From Basidiobolus meristosporus CBS 931.73 (lineage: Eukaryota; Fungi; Basidiobolomycota): DNA of 64,000 bases. The stretch is taken from assembly GCA_002104905.1 (NCBI GenBank), contig MCFE01000027.1, forward strand, positions 1-64,000. Direction: 5' to 3'. Of this stretch, positions 52,466-64,000 are shown piece by piece. Numbering within the stretch: the stretch's first letter is position 1; every line of letters begins with the position of its first letter. The notes beneath the pieces are model-generated. The model was not told the origin of the DNA, ran no database searches, and saw only the letters and a program-made list of their open reading frames with translations. The translations under genes and the position numbers were made by a program.

Positions 52466-55400
52466 ATGTTCAAAGCTCCAAAAAACTCTTCCAAAAGAAA
52501 GTCTTTTGCTGCTACTTCGACGAATACTTCTTCAACTCGAGAAGGCATTGTTTCAGATAGTAATATAGACACTCGCCGATTTTCAGTACCACATCCCCCG
52601 GAACGCTTTTCACTCACTTCAGTACCCTTTCAAAACAAGACTCCCAATGAGCTGGTGCAGTCAAAGTCGGCGAACAACCGATATTCTCTTCCGGCTCCCA
52701 AATCGAGCAGTAGACCCTCACCTCTGTTAAGCGATATCTCTCCGCCATTGAGTAGTTCAGCTTCAGACAAATCAACCAGTTCTTCTTCCTCTCTTCTCTC
52801 GTCCAAGAGGAATTCCATCAATATATCTCCACCAAAGCTCACTGCTTCTGGGCTACAAATTGGTGACAGAGTTCATGTTGAATCTGCGAATCTATCCGGA
52901 ACACTTCGATTTCTTGGTAGTACTAAATTTAAACCGGGGATTTGGGCCGGCGTTGAGCTCGACAACGAAGGAACGGGGAAGAACGATGGTGTTGTAGATG
53001 GGTAAGGGCTATATCTTGGTTTTCATCAGATAGACTTTAAACTAACGGTGCTTTTGTGCAGTGTAAGGTACTTCTCCTGCGCTCCCAAGTCAGGCCTTTT
53101 TATTCTGTCCCACAAAATATCGAAGCTATCATATTCCAGATCCTACAGCCAATGTACTCCTATTAGTGAGTCCGCTTCTGAGATATCAGAGGATTGCTAT
53201 GTCCCTTCCAAAGCAGTCAAACAAAGTAGCATTTCATCCACACCTACCGATATCTCTAGTAAGCGAAGCTCCTCTGGATTTCGAGACCAGAATTTCACGC
53301 ACACTTTCGGAATGTCGCCTTATCAGACAGGCTTTTCCTCTCCATCTCCCAACGTTCCCATAAAATCCCTACCAACGTCTAAACGTTTCAGCACTGTCTC
53401 GGAGCAAACGCAACTAGAAGAATTGGGTGCTGATTCTTTTATGCACAGATCCACTCTTGACTGTGACGAAGCATTTTGCGACATGGGCGGTGGACTTGAG
53501 GCAAATGATACCCGCCAATTACATCTCAAGCTGGAGATTCTGAGAACAGAAAACGAGTTCCTCAAGCTTGAGGCTAAGCAAACAAAATCTAATTCAGAGT
53601 TTGTTATTCTGAAAACTGAAATAGAGAACCTGCGTCGGCAGAAGCAAGATTGGGAGCGAGCGAAAGTAGCAAAGGCCAAACAATACGATCTATTAAGACC
53701 GGAGATAAATGCTCTTAATGCTCAGCTTAATGGGTTGAACTTGGGAGGTTCAATTACAGATTCTATAGAGCATTCTACGGATACCGAGGTGGAGGAGTTG
53801 CTTACCCTTATGAAAGGAGTCAAGGAGGCATTGAGCATCAAAGATGTGGTTGAGAAAGAGCTACGAGACCATATAATGCGTCTTGAAGCGTCAAACAATG
53901 GGGAATTGTCATCGGATGATCTGATTGTATCACTGCGTGCCGAGCTTGAGGAAAGAAGCGCGCAAGTAGCAAAATTAACCGCTCGACTAAAGAGCATACA
54001 GACCGACTTTGACACCGAGAATCAAACGAAAAGCGAGAATTTGGAATTAGTCAATCGAGGCCTGAACGGCATTCCGACTATGGGCAATGGCAAGCAAGAT
54101 ATTGACAGTTTAACGAGGAAAGTCCATCAATGCGAGCTGACAATTAAATCTCAAGAGAAGTTGCTTCGTGACTTCAAAGCTGCAGGTGCTGAAGCCTTTG
54201 ATCACTACGAGAGAACCCTACAATCGATCAAGAATGAAAATTCATCACTCAAACTGCAAGCAGAGAATGTTGTCAATGCCTGTAAACAGCTGGAGTCCGA
54301 CGCCAATACCCTACGTTTTGAGCTGGAGAGAGCCCAAGCAAGGGAGGAGGAATTGATGAAGGAATCGATATCATTGCAGGAAACGGTTGATAACTATCAG
54401 CTCAGCAACGCCAAGCGTAAAGAGGAGATTCAAAAGCTGAGGCAGGAGCTTCAAAAACAAAGCGACCAGATACTTGATTTGGCCAAAAGTCGGGAGTCGG
54501 GGCTAACCAACTCGGACTTTGATGATGAGAAAAACAGACTTTTATCTCAGATAGACGAACTTCTATCTTCGGTTAAATCGCTAGAAACCGAGAAACTTAA
54601 TATAGTCAAATCTCATCAAGAGCTCCTAGATAGTCACGCCACTGCCAAATCAGAAATGGCTAATCTACGAGTCATGTTCGAGCAATTTGACACGGAGCGA
54701 CAGACTTGGTCAAATCAACAGACAATCCTTCATCAACAGATCGCCGAGTTTACGGAGCTCATTGAAGAAAAAGATCGAGAGCTTCAGGCTAGTAAGGTAA
54801 CTAAGATCTGGTTCATGTCTCAATTGAGATACTGCTTGACCATTCCATACTTTTTCTAGGAAGAGCTAAACAAGCTGAACCAGTCGTTGAAAGAAAGAGA
54901 TGCGGTGATAAAATCTCTAAGAACCAAGGTTGAGGAGCTGGAGTCAAGAGAGGGTTTGGATGCACAGGCTCAGTCACAGGGTGCGGACCATGCGGTGGAG
55001 ATTACGCAATTGAAGGTCTCTTTGGATCGCTTACAGAAGGATTACTCTTCTGTTCTCGAGGAAAATGCAAAACTTCAAGATGAGCATGTCGAGTTGATGG
55101 AGGCCCAGGAGAAGCTTCTAGAGGCGCACACTCTTATGGAGAATGAATGCCTAAAACTCATGGAGGAAGTCGAAACCCTGCATAGCGACAATGCAGTTTT
55201 ATTCTCTCCCAGCAAGACTCATCCCGATACAAACGAGGACATCAATTGTCAAGGGCCAGCATGTCTCTCCCCTGAGAATCAGGATGGTCTATCTTCTTTA
55301 AAGCAACGGCATACTGCAGAAATTCGCGAGATGCAAAAGAAGATAATGGACTTGGAATTGTCCAAGCAGCATGAACTTGACCTTCAAGCTAAAAATATGG

Positions 55401-55937
55401 GTGAATTGGAAGCATTGGTCGAGGACAAAGTTTTCCGAGAGACTGAGTTGGAAGAACAAATAATAGAGCTCCAACAGAGAATTGTTTGGTTGGAGAAGCA
55501 GTTGGCGGACAAGTGTAATGGCTCGCCAATGCCACCCGGCAATAATCTAGAGGTTGACGACCTGTATGACGCAAATTTCCTTCAAGAGTCGAAGCTTAAT
55601 TCCTTGAGAGATCGGATATTGTCTTCACCAGTAGATGAAGAGCCATTCTGTGAGCTCTGTGAGCAGAACGGTCACGATATTCTTTCCTGCACGGAGTATA
55701 CGTTTACCAGCCAAGCATTAAATGGAGGCGATTCGGAAGATTCGACGGTATTTAGCTTTCAATGAATCACTTTCCTTGGTGACATGCCCTAACATTTAAT
55801 TAGTATTGTGAAAACTGTGAGGAATTTGGGGATCATTGGACCCACGACTGTCCAAATCAAGATGAGGTTAGTAAGGCAGAAGGTATCGGTTGCAGTTGTG
55901 GTTGTTCTAAAGCTTTTATCCCTCTTAGACTTTCTAG
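52466..55937 (+). CDS. CLIP-170/Bik1-like microtubule plus-end tracking protein (CAP-Gly, coiled coil, two zinc knuckles, terminal ETF)
   Basis: GIWAGVELDNEGTGKNDGVVDG, long heptad exons, FCELCEQNGHDILSC, YCENCEEFGDHWTHDCP. A micro-exon at 55929-55937 completes QDETF*. Confidence 0.9.
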
Positions 55938-56328
55938 TTGGCGACAACTCCACACACCTTGCTTACATTGGCATCGTCACGATTTTTGGATTCCCTTTAT
56001 TAACCCGTAATTGTAGAAATAACCCCAACATTCTATATATTGACCCACTTACTTTTGCTGCTTATCTATATGTTTTTGTTACTTTGTGTAATTGAATACC
56101 TCTTTCATTTCCTTTGCAAAGAAGTGATGCTAACTGCTTTATAAATCCCATATCCTCCTAGAGAATAAACCCAAATTTCTAATCAGCATTGCGGATGAAT
56201 ATCCCACTTCTCACCCAATCCTCGCTTACTCCCTTTTCAATCCGATTTTTCAAATGGGCGGTCAGGTGATTAGGATGTCGCCTAAATGCTATGGGTTTTG
56301 GTACCGCAATTTCATATTACCTGGAAGT

Positions 56329-57384
56329 ATGTTTGCTCTACGAACGACGGGTGTTCCACAGATTCTAAAGCGTAGTACACTCTTGGCCACTGCCAGGGCT
56401 TACACGGTACAATATTTCATAGCAGGCCTCAGTCCTTTTTTTCTTTCCATGTTTTTATTCATGTTTTGCTTAGACCTACCAATCAGGTACAAGCACCGGT
56501 ACCAGCACCAGCACAAGCGCTGGTACAGGTGAAGGTGTAAAGTATACACCTAGAACCGCAGTCAGGTCAACTTACCAGGCCCGGTCTGCAAGTGCTCCTC
56601 GTGCCGAGGTAGCTCGCGGTAGTATTAATCCAAAGATCAACCCAGAAGACGCTTTCCCTGAAGCCGAAGCCTTCAATCAGGGAACCACCGAGATTGGCGA
56701 AAGCTGGAGTAACTCTTTCGAGGGGATTTCTTCAAAGCCGTTCCCACCCGAAGTTGCTGACATTCTATTAGCCGATATCGACCTCAAGGATATCCAAATC
56801 AAACCAGGCAAGTGTACATGGTGTTCCGGAGCTGTCGTCGCGTCGCGTACTGACCATTCTGCTTAGATGGGATTGTTTATCTGCCGGAAATCAAATACCG
56901 GAGAATCTTGAACAGAGCTTTCGGACCTGGAGGTAAGAGCCCCCGCGCCTGTTGTGCATAACATCTTGTTCTAACTTCCGGCGTAGGTTGGGGACTTGTT
57001 CCCAGAGGATCGCACAGCCTTTCAGATAAGACCATCTCTCGGGAGTGGGCGCTTGTCTGTCTTGGGCAATTTGTCTCCCAAGCCCGCGGAGAGCAAGATT
57101 TCTTCGATCCCACCGGTCTTCCTACCGCTTCTGAAGGGTGCAAATCAAATGCGTTAATGAGATGCTGTAAAGACCTGGGAATTGCCAGTGAGCTATGGTT
57201 GGTTGGATACGAATCTTGCACCATCAATTATGACTAATCGACTCCTAGGGATCCACAATTTGTCTCCAAATTCAAGCGTGAGCACTGCATAGAGGTCTGG
57301 GCAACGAATGTTGAGCGTGGCAACAAGAAAAAACTCTGGAAACGCAAAGATCTTCCATTAATGTATCCATGGCAAGCAAGCTAG
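56329..57384 (+). CDS. MGM101: Mitochondrial genome maintenance protein Mgm101 (Rad52-related ssDNA-annealing protein)
   Basis: Spliced [64 protein letters not shown]. Confidence 0.95.
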
Positions 57385-58230
57385 ATCAGGATGATTTTTC
57401 ATGGTGTTTGTAGTGTAGAATACAATGCCGATAGGATTGAATAAATTGCTTTAGTCAGATGAAGGGGACCCAATTCGTCCGCAAGCGAGACCTTGCCCGT
57501 TATTCTTGATTCAACTCGACTCTGCTTCAATCAATGCCCAGGGTGAGCATAGCCGATTTCAAGTTATTCATCAACTCCACTTGGTGGCTGCCAGCCTGCG
57601 ATTGGATTCACAAGGCAGATGCAGTCTAAGATAAGAAAGCCCAGTAGGCAACCCGGTTTGCCACAGGCTCTGATCATAGACATGGCTCAGAGGATGAGAA
57701 AGTGGGACAGAGTGAATAAGATAAAGTGCCAGGAACCAAAATCTCCCGTGGAGGTATGGCCACCAAGCGGCTCTCTTCGCCAGAAGTGAGTTGTGTGGAT
57801 TCCATTTAGCAAGCTGCTCTCTTCACCAGAAGCACGCGATTGTGTGGACACTATTTTGACAACAACCACTTGGTCAAACCTGATTAATCCAGCGTCTTGC
57901 TCATTCTGGATGATTTTCCTTGTGCGCACCTGGTGGTTCTGGGATTGAGTTGGTGAATAGGATCCACTTCTACCACACTCATGTCAAAATAGAAATATTG
58001 GATCATTCTTGTTTAATCAATCAGTAGAACCGAGCACATCCTTTATTATGATACTGATCATCCAAGAAGGACGGTTAAGAGGCTTTATTGAGGTTGATAA
58101 TGGCCATTATTCAAATCGAGTGTGAAACTGAAGTAGAGCGTATGTACAGTATATCAGATGAAAACAAAGGGCGGGGTTCCGGGTGCTTATATATAGGCCA
58201 AATCCGTCCCATTCTCCACCAAACTCCGAG

Positions 58231-58749
58231 ATGGATTCTCACTGTACGTTCCACACCTCTATTCTGTCAACAAACCAAATAGATCCCAGTCATGGCTGCG
58301 CGCCAGCTTTCTTCCACAACCACGACATGTTCAACGTCCCCAAAGACCTCATATTACCTCCCATCAACCCCAACAACATCCATCCAAGAGTGCACCCCCT
58401 TTCATCCGCCCTGCCAGGGATCCAGAACATACTCACCGGAACAATGTACGCCCTTGACCACCCACACCAGACCCAAACCCAAGCACAAACCGCGGTCTCG
58501 GACGAGGAGTACTTTCAAGGACATGTGCACTTCATCAAGCTACCCCAGCCGACGTCCTTGCACGGACGAAACAAGCGACACATTTGTAGCGTATGCCAAA
58601 AGAGATTCACGAGGCCGAGCTCGCTGAGAATCCACATCCTCTCCCACACCGGGGAGAAGCCATACGAGTGCGATGTGTCCGGATGTAGCAAGAAATTCTC
58701 TGTCCTGTCAAACTTGCGTCGCCATCACAAAACTCACTTCTCAAGCTGA
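58231..58749 (+). CDS. C2H2 zinc-finger transcription factor (two C-terminal fingers)
   Basis: HICSVCQKRFTRPSSLRIHILSHTGEKPYECDVSGCSKKFSVLSNLRRHHKTH. Confidence 0.93.
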   Translation: MDSHCTFHTSILSTNQIDPSHGCAPAFFHNHDMFNVPKDLILPPINPNNIHPRVHPLSSALPGIQNILTGTMYALDHPHQTQTQAQTAVSDEEYFQGHVHFIKLPQPTSLHGRNKRHICSVCQKRFTRPSSLRIHILSHTGEKPYECDVSGCSKKFSVLSNLRRHHKTHFSS

Positions 58750-59375
58750 TTTTAGACCCATTCTCTATGCTCAGCATCTGAGCTGATGTAGTTTGTATGT
58801 ACAGAAATTGTACCATTTATCCTACATAAAGGATCATGCTGAACCTGTATCACTAGTCTTGGTATGAGTATGCTTCCGAATCACTTGCCCTCCTGAAACA
58901 ACATCATCCCCACACCTCAACATCTTGGTACAGATAGCCGATTTCGGATTGGAACTAGCGGGTGTAGCATGCGCCTTTTCTTCCTGTGTACTGGCGAGGA
59001 AAGGAAGCAATCCTTCCTTTAATTGACCAGATGCTGTGCCAGAAGGGGTTTCATTCACCGATGATACGCGATGATATTTGTTGATCAGCCGATGTTGGAC
59101 CCGATGTTGGACCCGATGGATACCAGTTCTACCAATATACCCGAGTTACATAGTAGTCAGTGCCCAAAACCGAATAGCCTGGGTTGCTCTTTGTACGATT
59201 GGCCCCTTAAACTAGATTATGCTAATTCAACTTTTGGTTGTTGATTTGGTGTGCACGGTTACAGCATGATTTGCCACTTTTTGTCTAGAAAATCGATTCT
59301 CTGATGTACACAATTAGAGTGTTATCTGGACTCACTTCGAGGCCTCTACACGTCCGTTCCACCCCGTTAATTCCA

Positions 59376-60335
59376 ATGGAGATTGAAATAAAAATCCGCT
59401 TCCAGTCTGCCAAGGAGCTCCAGAGATTTGAGTCTTGTTTAGGAAAACCGCCGAAGGCCATAGAGCAGCAGGAGAATTACTACTTCGATGGCAGCGAGCA
59501 TGAACTGTAAGCAACCTCTCGATTCTCCTTCCTATCGACAGTAGCCTTTTCTCATGCAGCCTGGACATGTTGCTTTAGTGAACAGCAGCGTACGGTTTTC
59601 CGTCTCCGAAAGATTTCAAAGAGTTCCCCCGAGGAGCCAACCAAGCAGACCAAAGCCAAGATTACTTTGAAAGGAAACGCGGTATTGGAGGCGGGCATTT
59701 CCCGGGTTCAAGAGGTTGGTTCCTCTGTTTATGGTTCTTTTAGCCCCCCCCCCTCCTCCGATTGACAGTGTCTACGTTTATTCCAGACCGAGGAACCTTT
59801 CGATTACGAGTTGGTGGATGGAATCGTGAAGGATCCTGATTCCCTACGTTTACACTCCACAAAGTATTGTTATTCCTTGCTCTTGAAATGATTTCTTTGG
59901 GCTAAGACTCGCACTGACTGTAGGAGTCCACTCCTGGAGAGTATTGTGAAAAACTATCCAGTCGATTCTTACAAGCTGGTTGGATACTACAACACATTGA
60001 GAAAGCTATACGAGTGGGAGAACTATATTTTAGCTGTCGATGATACAGAGGTACTGTACTTCTACTTCGTTGTGGGTACATTTGGCAGTTGCTGATATGT
60101 CATTAGTTCCCCTTCGGCAGAGGTTATGAGGTAGAATTGGAATCGGAAGATGCGGAAGTTGCCAAAGCCAAGCTGTAAGTAACCCATCATGACTTCACCC
60201 TTGATCAAGGACGGATTCTTATGATTGGGTTTCCTCTTTCCCTGTAGGGTTTCGTTTTTGCAAGACAACGATATTCAATATAGCTTCAGTAAGCGCAACA
60301 AATTCGTCAATATGCGAATGGGAGAAATCCTTTAG
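59376..60335 (+). CDS. CYTH / triphosphate tunnel metalloenzyme, resembling plant TTM3; 5 introns
   Basis: N-terminal ExExK (MEIEIK), QENYYFDG, FRLR, ITLKGNAVLEAGISRVQE, VDDTE, YEVELES, NKFVNM. Confidence 0.88.
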
Positions 60336-60497
60336 GTACCACAATCTATGTATTACGCTGTGGTGGTTTTATTGACGTAGTTAATGGCGGTCGATTTGAG
60401 CGTATTTCTCCTTATTTACAGTGCATATCAATACTAAAGTGTTGGAGGGATTCTCAATCTCTATGATACATATCATCTTTTGGGCCCCGAGGCTTGC

Positions 60498-62352
60498 TTA
60501 TGGCTGTGGTATTTTAGACGGTGACTGTAAATACGGATGTAACGGCTTAAACTTGTGTCTTCTCGATAATCCAACTCTGGCTGGTCCACCAGAAATTACC
60601 GGGCTGCGAGAACTAGATTCTACAAGGATAACAAATTAGTGCCAAAGTTACAATTCTAAATGAAACATGGATGGATTTACGAGCGCTGTCGTTTGCTGGA
60701 ACTGTCGGCTTGGTTACTAAAAGTGGTTTGAGTGAGCTTGAAACCTTCAGCCCTACGGAAGGAGTCCTGTTGATCGTATTGTTGGTAGTTGGGCAATTTG
60801 GGGTTGCATTACGTGACTTGGGGGTTCGGGTAGCTTTTGGAGTATTGGGTGTAGCATCCTCCACATTTTGTTGGACATTTGATTCCATTGTGTCACTTTC
60901 TTTACCAACTGAGTCAGAATCTGTTGTTTCTTCGGTTTTGCTGACTTTGGGTGCTGCCAATTTCTTCCTTTTAGGCTTCATTGGTGACTTGACTTTCCTT
61001 TTGGATTTCAACGTCTCTTCAAATTCACTTCCACTCTCATCTTCACTGACCAAGCTGTCCACACGAGGAATCGGGTTAGCTGATCCTCTAGATGCTCGCT
61101 TTGGTTTTGCGTTTCCTTCGGAATGCTCAAACTCATTGTCACTCGATCTCGAACTACTGGCTGGCTTTTTCCGCGCTGTGCGTGGGGAAACCCGCTTAGG
61201 TGTTGTGATTTCGTCATCTATTACAATGCTCACATCCTCACTTGGGGCTGTCTTCAATGAAACTTTTGGAATCACGATATTCACTTCAGTCATTGCAGAA
61301 GCGGTTGCCAAGCTTGGATGTGTATCCTCCTCTGAAGATGATGCTTGTTTGTGCTCCTCTTTCTGCTTTACAATCCGCTTTCTCGTATCTTGATTAGGTG
61401 TAGATTGAGGCTTTGTCCTGGGTCTTCCATGGGGGATTAATGCCATTTCATCATCACTTAAAATATCTTTTGTATCACTCAAATCGCCATCGTCAAATAA
61501 ATCTTCGATTTCTATACAGGTCAAAGATCAGCTTCAATCAAACCTTCTAAACATTCATAAACCATCAATTCACCTTTCGGACTAGGTACTTGCTTGGAGT
61601 TCTTCGCTTCCGAGTGACCCTCTTTTACTTTTACTGAAGGGGTCTCAACAGGCCCCGAAGGTGTTGATGTATTTGATGAGGGTTCAGCCTTCTCTTGAGA
61701 CACTATCCGTTGCTGTTCTTGAGGAATTGGCTCAGGAGCTGTATTATTATTGGGAAGCAGTCGTTCTTTACGTCGAGAAGTAGGACGCTCTTGGTTACCA
61801 AAAAAATTTGGATCAGCCCAAATATCCTTAACGACAGTACGGTCGACTCTACCCATATCTATACAATCCTCCTCTACCAAGGAAAGCTCGAGAGCTTTCT
61901 TGATATCGGCCTGCTCTCTCCTCTCTGTGGCGGAGAGGCGAGAACGCTTCGATTCTCTACGTTAACCAAGAGTGTTGGTATGACATCGAACTTTAACTAA
62001 CTAATATGATAGAGGATACCTGTAGCTGCTTTCGGGACCCTCTTTACTAACTGAATCGACGATCTTTTTACGCTCGGTTCCCGCTAAACGAAAATCATCA
62101 AAATCATCTAAAAGAAAGGAAACGAGGTTAACTTTCTTATGTTGATGTGTCTATGGAAAGAGCCTGATAAACAACCTGTCAGATCCTCAAATTTTGGCTT
62201 GGGTTGAAATAGTGGATCGACTTCTGGGTTTACAGCGTAATCGACGTGTTTCTTGGGTCTATTGGAACAAATGGTGGTTGGGCTAAGTCAACAGTCAGTC
62301 AGGTGGGATGCTATACTGGCAGACAGTACCTCGAAGATCTTCTCGCCTCCAT
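60498..62352 (-). CDS. RAD51AP1-like disordered protein with UIM-like helix and C-terminal RAD51-interaction-like motif; about 5 introns
   Basis: N-terminal RPKKHVDY and DDFDDF, EQADIKKALELSL, Lys/Ser/acidic disordered middle. The last exon after a 61-nt GT-AG intron reads ARVGLSRRHKFKPLHPYL. Confidence 0.75.
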
Positions 62353-62559
62353 TCTACAAATGAGACTATGGGTAGCAAAAAATGAGGCAGCCGCTTGTTA
62401 TGAGTGATTCACTTGATTAACGATCGAATTATGACGGGAACGAATCTCTCAACTCCGTTAAAAGGAGCACGTGAATGCGATATCAACAAGTGATGTGTTT
62501 TGATTGACCTAGATTGCGGCTCCTATGGCTGAAAAGCAATTCTATTGGACAACTTTAAT

Positions 62560-63990
62560 ATAAGGCATACTTTGTCAAGTCACAGCATGAGCATTTAAGC
62601 AACAACATAATGAAGATTACATCTGGCAATCCAATTTGAATAAATAATTTCATAAAGCTAAGTCATAACCCTTTGGACGACTCATGCTGGCACCATTGAA
62701 GCCAAAATGCGCTCAACTTGTATTCGTACACGGTCATTCTAGACTCGTTGATTGACTTGTCTGGTTGACCTGTGAAGCAGAAGGTATGATCGGAGCAAAG
62801 ATACTCCTTAGGTCCACTGAGCGCACCACCACCCATAGCCTTGCTGGCGAATGCTGCACATAATTGAATGCTAGAGATGTATCCAAGGAAAGACCTCTCG
62901 CAAGAGCTATTGATGTGATTGAAACGCAGCCCCAATTGGGATCATTTCATGGGTTACCAGATACTCGGGAACAAGTATGAAAGCCGGTTAGGTAGAGTCC
63001 TGAAACCTGAATCAGGCACGTAGACTGGTTTGGAAAAACCTCAGGTAACACCAATATGATAACATGCCAGCATCACATTTGTTGCATAGCCTTCAATGGA
63101 TTGAATTGAAGCCATGTATTCCTGATTGATATTTCAAATGACATTCATCGCCCGTTGCATACTGCACTTGTATGGCGATCTGGAGATCGCAATCCAATGA
63201 TTTATAAAGTGCCTAAGAACCCAATGCACCATGCATGGATCGTAAATATAACATCCGGCCACCCCTACCGACTTCATTTAGGAGAGTAGAGGCGCGCATC
63301 CAAACACAATTCTCAGCCAAGGGACACGGTTTCTCGTCACTGCTCTCCAGCACATTTGGAGTTAATCAGTACTCTCTGGGGAGCATACAGGGAGTGGATT
63401 GGCTTGAACAGATTTTAATCGAAAAATTTTCGACCGCCAATAAGGAGCCAGGCCGTTGAAGACTCCGCCTTAAAGAATTATCGGGACCCATCAGATATCG
63501 CCATTATCGCTCAAGCGGCAGTACTTAACCCAAATTGGAGAATTCGAGAATTATTTCCCGGCCAATTGATATATTTGGGCAAGATCTTAATTGCACGATA
63601 GCATTCGGCCAGTCACTCGGAGACTCTTACAACCCAAATCATCCAGACAACAAGAATATTTGCATTCACCAACCCAAATCATTAAGAAGAATATTGCATT
63701 CACCGACCCAAATAAGATGACTATTGCGGGTGGATGTAGTGGCCATTCACGATAGTTTAAATAATATTGGGGGAAATGCGTGTATAAACCCAACCTATGG
63801 GATAGGTGGATGCGGAAAATCAAAGTTTAATGGAATCATCCGATCAAACTTGACGAGATACAGTTACTGCAGCTAACTTCCCCCATGGCCACTGGACAAT
63901 CAAGGGACCATATGAATCTGCCAATACCACACTTTCATTACAGTTGCTGGAGCGATATACGGGATAGAGCATTCTGCCATTGGACTCAGC
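62560..63990 (-). mobile_element. Possible heavily decayed non-LTR retroelement 3' region
   Basis: Stop-riddled frames give AISDGS (RNase H-like start), RTLPNRLSYLFPSIW and LYEIIYSNWIARC, which resemble LINE C-terminal regions. Weak evidence. Confidence 0.3.
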
Positions 63991-64000
63991 ATAAATCATT

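Noticed and set aside
57560-57930. FNIP-like segment YDQSLWQTGLPTGLSYLRL on the minus strand
   Set aside because: Single copy in a short frame with no supporting repeats, so likely chance.
60671-61393. 240-aa plus-strand ORF rich in Leu/Phe/Ser
   Set aside because: Antisense shadow of the Lys/Glu/Ser-rich exon of the RAD51AP1-like gene.

Overview
This is gene-dense eukaryotic DNA with short (about 50-70 nt) GT-AG introns. The gene content points to an early-diverging fungus (Zoopagomycota or Mucoromycota; Basidiobolus-like is a guess). I can support about 28 protein-coding genes, reconstructed by eye across introns. Housekeeping genes: ARP2, PMT4, ERV2, IMP1, SPT4, PEX1, CSN2, RAC1, 5MP/BZW, RSM22, MGM101 and a CLIP-170 homolog. 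Regulators: two homeodomain genes, one C2H2 gene and a TBC Rab-GAP. Also present are one tRNA-Pro(CGG), several low-copy tandem repeats and a few decayed coding remnants. No CRISPR array, rRNA or intact transposon was seen. The most notable observations are: (1) a spliced gene whose architecture resembles vertebrate RAD51AP1, ending in the RxGLSR...KPLHP motif, which is missing from the ORF track; (2) an intact 2-oxoacid dehydrogenase E1 (OGDH/DHTKD1 family) with many normally invariant active-site residues replaced; (3) a guanine deaminase with an apparent signal peptide and two 1-nt frameshifts; (4) a small protein rich in WxxxF/Y motifs that may be a peroxisomal import co-receptor; (5) an intronless bacterial/plant-type BCAT; (6) a plant TTM3-like CYTH enzyme. 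All family assignments come from motif recognition, not database searches. Exon boundaries are manual.
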